This document shows positions 60,356-64,000 of a stretch of DNA of 64,000 bases, in pieces. Every line of letters begins with the position of its first letter. Positions within the stretch are counted from its first letter, which is position 1. This DNA comes from Chitinophagales bacterium (GTDB lineage Bacteria; Bacteroidota; Bacteroidia; Chitinophagales; LD1). The translations under genes and the position numbers were made by a program. Where the stretch lies: assembly GCA_046329495.1 (NCBI GenBank), contig JAXLUO010000015.1:28125-92124 (forward strand), written 5' to 3'. Below the pieces are notes generated by a model. The model was given only the letters and a program-made list of their open reading frames with translations, was not told where the DNA came from and made no database searches.

Positions 60356-61198
60356 TTACCTGATCTTCAACTTATCCGGATTTCTTACATACAGCAAGCG
60401 ATATATACCATCCTCGTCCTGCTGCAAATAATTCATGGAATCCAACTCGCCGGTTGCACGCTCGTAAATAAGCGCAGCGGGCAATCCATTTACATAAGCC
60501 GGCCGGTATTCAAATTCAATATGCTGGCTTTGGGTTAGTTTTACCACACCCAGTAAAAAGCGTAATACCGGTTCAATTTCAAATAAAGGCCGCAACGCTG
60601 CCTGGCGCTTACCGCCTCCATCGCTATAAAGCTCTATATCACTTTTTAATAATTCATCTAACACATGCCGGTCCTGCTGGTAAACAGCAAAAATAAAAGC
60701 TTCGGTTATGGCCTTTTGCTTTAAGGGGTCAATCGGGTGGCTTACTTTTCGCCCCAGTTTTTCACGACCGCGGTGAAAAACCTGTCGACAATTCTCGGCG
60801 GTTAGCCCGGTTATCTCAGCAATAGAAGTGTAATCTTCCGAAAAGCTTTCGCGTAAAATAAATACTGCGCGCTCTACAGGGTTTAGCCGCTCCAGCAAAA
60901 ACAGTAAGCCGTACTCGATGGTAGGTGCGGTTTCCGGCTCCATTGTAATTATAGGCTCCGGTAACCAGGGGCCCTTATAGGTTTCGCGCTGTTTTTTCAA
61001 TTCTTCTAACCGCTTTATGCTTTGGTTAGCGGCCACCCGGCCTAAGTAAGTTTTGGGCTCTTTTACATTTTGGGCGAATATCCATTTTTCAAAAGCATCG
61101 TGCACAATATCTTCCGCCTCCTGCACCGCGCCCAGCATGTTGTAGGCTATACGGAAAAGGTAAGGACGTAAATCAAGTATCTCCGCAGTCAGTTCCAT
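60356..61198 (-). CDS. ECF sigma factor of the ECF41 (SigJ-like) type with a fused SnoaL-like C-terminal regulatory domain
   Basis: The sigma-2 region is LRPYLFRIAYNMLG...DIVHDAF and the sigma-4 region is LNPVERAVFILRE.F...Y..IAEITG.T..NCRQ. A C-terminal extension of about 100 aa carries YSDGGGK and ends in NPDKL, the motifs I recall as ECF41 signatures. Confidence 0.8.
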   Translation of the reverse strand: MELTAEILDLRPYLFRIAYNMLGAVQEAEDIVHDAFEKWIFAQNVKEPKTYLGRVAANQSIKRLEELKKQRETYKGPWLPEPIITMEPETAPTIEYGLLFLLERLNPVERAVFILRESFSEDYTSIAEITGLTAENCRQVFHRGREKLGRKVSHPIDPLKQKAITEAFIFAVYQQDRHVLDELLKSDIELYSDGGGKRQAALRPLFEIEPVLRFLLGVVKLTQSQHIEFEYRPAYVNGLPAALIYERATGELDSMNYLQQDEDGIYRLLYVRNPDKLKIR

Positions 61199-61299
61199 AA
61201 TTAAGGAACGAAGTTAGTTAAACAGGGAAAACCGAACACTTGTACACGAGGACTTAAAATTAGCATGCTTAGTGCCTCTGCGCATTTGTGTTTGTAGTT

Positions 61300-61860
61300 T
61301 TATGCCACTTTCTTTTTGGCAATATCGCACAGCATATCCGAATGTATGTTTAGTCCTATGTTGCCAATGTTGTAATAAAACTCGCTGGCGCAAATCCAAA
61401 CAATTTCGCATATGGAACGCTCATCGTAATGCGCTGCCAGTTTTTCAAACATTTCGCGATCCATTTTGCGGTCGCGGGCCAGCATGGTAACAAAATCAAG
61501 CAAGGCTTTTTCTTTTTCAGAAAACAATGGGCTGGTTGAGTATTCGCCCAGTGCATCAAATTTAGCCTGGTTCATTGATGACACAATTGTTAAGGAGCGG
61601 CCTATATCGATACAAAACAGGCAAACGTTTATATGCGCTACCTGTTCGCGTATTAACATAACCGTTTCGGCCGGTAGTTTTAGCTTTTTATCAAGCTGGC
61701 TTATTTTACCCGAAAAGGTGCCAAAACTTAACGGCAACCTAACGGACATAACTTTTAAAGGTGTTATTACCTTACCAAACTGCAGGCGGGTAAAAAAGTA
61801 AACTAATTTCCAAAGCAAGCTCTTCGGCCTTTCTATTGGTGCAAGAAATGGAGCATCCAT
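61300..61860 (-). CDS. Carboxymuconolactone decarboxylase (AhpD-like) family protein
   Basis: 186 aa, all-helical, with the CxxC-type motif CLFCID in the position typical of the AhpD/CMD core. Confidence 0.7.
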   Translation of the reverse strand: MDAPFLAPIERPKSLLWKLVYFFTRLQFGKVITPLKVMSVRLPLSFGTFSGKISQLDKKLKLPAETVMLIREQVAHINVCLFCIDIGRSLTIVSSMNQAKFDALGEYSTSPLFSEKEKALLDFVTMLARDRKMDREMFEKLAAHYDERSICEIVWICASEFYYNIGNIGLNIHSDMLCDIAKKKVA

Positions 61861-61879
61861 AAATAAATGTTTTCACCAT

Positions 61880-61906
61880 AGACCCCGCAGCACAGTATTT
61901 GTGACA
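61880..61906 (-). promoter_or_regulatory. ECF41-type promoter upstream of the CMD gene (TGTCACA, 15/16 nt, GGTC/GTCT)
   Basis: The minus strand reads attgTGTCACAaatactgtgctgcggGGTCTatggtgaaaacatttatttATG. The -35 is an exact match to the TGTCACA reported for ECF41 target promoters. The -10 approximates CGTC. Confidence 0.55.
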
Positions 61907-61965
61907 CAATTACTCAAATTTATTTTATCCATAGAAAGGCGTGGAAACCGCACTAATCCAATAAC

Positions 61966-64000
61966 TTACTTAATCACCATAGTTAAACCGTTATTTGCGG
62001 GTAAATTACCCGTATAAATGCTTAATACCTTTTGGGCAGCATCGTAAGTATTAGAGGGTGATAGTTTGCCGTTCAGCAACACACTTTTGGGTTCCCTACA
62101 ATTAATAAAACGTATCTGCCACACTCTTTCTTTCAACTGCCCATCAAACGTTTTACCATCGGGGGTAATACTTAATTGCACACCATCTTTGCCCTGCACA
62201 AATTCAAGATGGGTGAAGGAGTAATTTCCATTACGGTAGCCATCGGTAGTGCCGTCATCTTCATACAAATCGAACGTGCCATTGCTGCCGCAATAAATTT
62301 TAAGGATCACGGTGTCCAGCGGGGCATCGGCATGTAGCTTAACGGGTTGCTGCGGAATAATGCTGCCCTGTTTTACAAATACCGGAATTTCATCTAAGGC
62401 GTACGAGCGGCTGATGCGCTGATTTCCTTCTATCCTTTCGTTGTTGCGGTAGTCGTACCAAAAGCCTTCGGGCAGCCAAACACTTTGTTCAATAGTTTCT
62501 TTACCGTTCATCGGTGCGCTGATGGGCGCTACAATCATATCCTTACCAAAATAATATTGATTGTTGCAATGGTAGGCTTCCTCTTTATCGGCATGCTCGT
62601 AATACATAGGATGCACAAGCGAGATGGCACTATCATAGGCCAGGCGGCTGTAACTATAAATATAGGGCAGCAGACTGCAGCGCAACAGCACGGCCCTTTT
62701 CATTGCTGCGAAATACGTTGGCGGATATTGCCACATGCGCCGCTCAATACCGGGGTCGTTGGTGGCGTGGGTGCGGAAGATAGGACTCAGCGCTCCCCAC
62801 TGTATCCAGCGGGTAAACAGTTCGGCATCCTGTTTTATCTGTTGATCGCCGGCTTGCCAGTGGCCACCAATATCATGACTCCAAAAGCCAAAGCCCACAT
62901 TGGCAGCAGTAGCGGTAAAGTAGGGTTGATAGGCCAGCGATTTCCAACTGATCATTACATCGCCGCTGAAACCGATTTGATAGCGCTGATTACCCAGGCC
63001 GCCGTAGCGATGGAAAATAAGCGGACGCTTACCCTGCCTCTGCATATCGCTGTAATGCACATAGTTTAAATAGAAGGTTGGATTTACGCCTTCAATCTTC
63101 GTGCGGTTAAATTGCTGCCAATCCAGCCACCAGAAATCGATGCCGGCTTTCTCGTACGGATGCAACAGCACATCAAAATAGTTTTTAGCAAACTGCTTAT
63201 TGGTGATATCGAAAGGAATGGTAGACGTAGAGGAAGTATCCAGGTTCATGGCCCGTGCAAAATCGCGATAGCAACTTTCGTGGGCCTGCACACCACTGGC
63301 GGGGTGCAGGTTTAAGCATGTTTTTAATTGGTTGCTGTCTGTCCAGGCCAGGAAGCGCTTATAATCGGGGAAGTATTTTTTTGTCCAGGTAAAACCCGTC
63401 CAGCCATCGGGTGTAGGTTTGTAGCGCGCAAACACCTCGGGGTCGGAACTGCGGGTTTGGTGCCAGTCCATATCTATTACCAGCACATCCAGCGGCAGGC
63501 CATTGTTGCGGTAACCTGCTACTATATCTTTTAAGTCCTGTTCGCTGTATTGCCAGTAGCGCGAATACCAGATACCAAAAGCAAACTTAGGAGGCAATGA
63601 AATTTTACCCGATATAGACGTAAAGTCGTAGAGCGCAGCCTTGTAATCGTTGCCATAGCCAAAGAAATACCAATCGGTGTTGGCGGCTGTTGCGCTGTTT
63701 TGCACCCAGGGCCAATCGGTGGTATCAAACGTTGGTTTGCGCGAATCATCTACCAGCGTCCAACCGCTGCGCGAGAGCAGCCCTTTGCCTAAATCAATTT
63801 TCTTAAAGCTGTGAAAGCTATAGCCACCAAGGGTGCCGTCCAGTGTGCGGGTGGTGCCTTGTAAATTCTGTTTATCCTTTACACCAGGATGCCAGTTGAA
63901 TTTACGCGTAGTATCGTGATATGCTATCTGCAGATTTTTACGCGTAAATGCGCCGCTGTTCAGCTTGTAATGCAGCGTTAAAAAAGCGGTTTCAATAATC
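61966..64000 (-). CDS. Glycoside hydrolase family 31 (alpha-glucosidase/alpha-xylosidase-like). The N-terminus lies beyond the right window edge.
   Basis: LDVLVIDMDWH, GIDFWWLDWQQ, GFSGDV and FWSHDIGGH are GH31 catalytic-domain blocks. My translation shows the frame stays open upstream of the track's GTG 'start' (63705) all the way to base 64000 (…LQGTTRTLDGTLGGYSF…DWPWVQNS…). Confidence 0.85.
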   Translation of the reverse strand, partial: IIETAFLTLHYKLNSGAFTRKNLQIAYHDTTRKFNWHPGVKDKQNLQGTTRTLDGTLGGYSFHSFKKIDLGKGLLSRSGWTLVDDSRKPTFDTTDWPWVQNSATAANTDWYFFGYGNDYKAALYDFTSISGKISLPPKFAFGIWYSRYWQYSEQDLKDIVAGYRNNGLPLDVLVIDMDWHQTRSSDPEVFARYKPTPDGWTGFTWTKKYFPDYKRFLAWTDSNQLKTCLNLHPASGVQAHESCYRDFARAMNLDTSSTSTIPFDITNKQFAKNYFDVLLHPYEKAGIDFWWLDWQQFNRTKIEGVNPTFYLNYVHYSDMQRQGKRPLIFHRYGGLGNQRYQIGFSGDVMISWKSLAYQPYFTATAANVGFGFWSHDIGGHWQAGDQQIKQDAELFTRWIQWGALSPIFRTHATNDPGIERRMWQYPPTYFAAMKRAVLLRCSLLPYIYSYSRLAYDSAISLVHPMYYEHADKEEAYHCNNQYYFGKDMIVAPISAPMNGKETIEQSVWLPEGFWYDYRNNERIEGNQRISRSYALDEIPVFVKQGSIIPQQPVKLHADAPLDTVILKIYCGSNGTFDLYEDDGTTDGYRNGNYSFTHLEFVQGKDGVQLSITPDGKTFDGQLKERVWQIRFINCREPKSVLLNGKLSPSNTYDAAQKVLSIYTGNLPANNGLTMVIK

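Overview
This 64 kb chromosomal window is from a Bacteroidota genome. The evidence is five secreted proteins with type-A T9SS C-terminal sorting domains, TAnnTTTG-type promoter boxes and the 16S sequence. I cannot assign a genus without a database search.

Layout, left to right:
- 1-7.2 kb: a serine hydrolase (truncated by the window edge), two T9SS cargo proteins and a DUF4142 lipoprotein.
- 7.35-7.54 kb: two tRNAs (CAU and Arg-CCG).
- 7.6-15.3 kb: a visibly AT-richer island. It holds short orphan ORFs and decayed genes, including a frameshifted CHAT-protease gene, a dead paralog of a neighbouring intact gene, and a frameshifted possible immunity-like gene.
- 15.4-18.1 kb: small housekeeping or resistance-like genes, namely a RibD_C/DHFR-like protein, DUF2200, an Arr rifampin ADP-ribosyltransferase with an N-terminal extension, and YdeI.
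- 18.4-22.1 kb and 29.9-34.9 kb: two loci built the same way. Each has a very large secreted fibre-like protein with a Cys-rich C-terminal knob next to a long-form TlpA-like thioredoxin. The protein in the first locus carries two collagen Gly-X-Y tracts.
- Between and after these loci: SRPBCC, DoxX, a CoA-disulfide reductase-rhodanese fusion, a SAM methyltransferase, HtpG, an esterase, an aminotransferase, an atypical arginase-fold protein, an aquaporin and Kup.
- 41.0-46.3 kb: three consecutive T9SS cargo genes.
- 46.5-52.0 kb: a degenerate ArsC/LMW-PTP-like protein, an orphan secreted protein, a THUMP methyltransferase, a pirin and a Kazal-type lipoprotein.
- 52.06-53.26 kb: an IS110-family element inserted into a REP-like tandem repeat.
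- 54.4-59.5 kb: a complete rRNA operon (16S, tRNA-Ile, tRNA-Ala, 23S, 5S) preceded by three repeated promoter modules.
- 59.5-64.0 kb: a P-loop kinase-like gene, an ECF41-type sigma factor with its CMD partner and signature promoter, and a GH31 glycosidase truncated by the window edge.

I found no CRISPR array and no recognisable intact defence system. The most unusual items are the fibre/thioredoxin pairs, the collagen protein with a possibly lectin-like knob, the modular 'word-repeat' intergenic elements, and the IS110 left end, whose hairpin loops match its own insertion site.

All family assignments come from reading motifs by eye. No searches were run. Some 'M' starts in the ORF track are TTG or GTG codons, so several starts were moved to better-supported ATGs.
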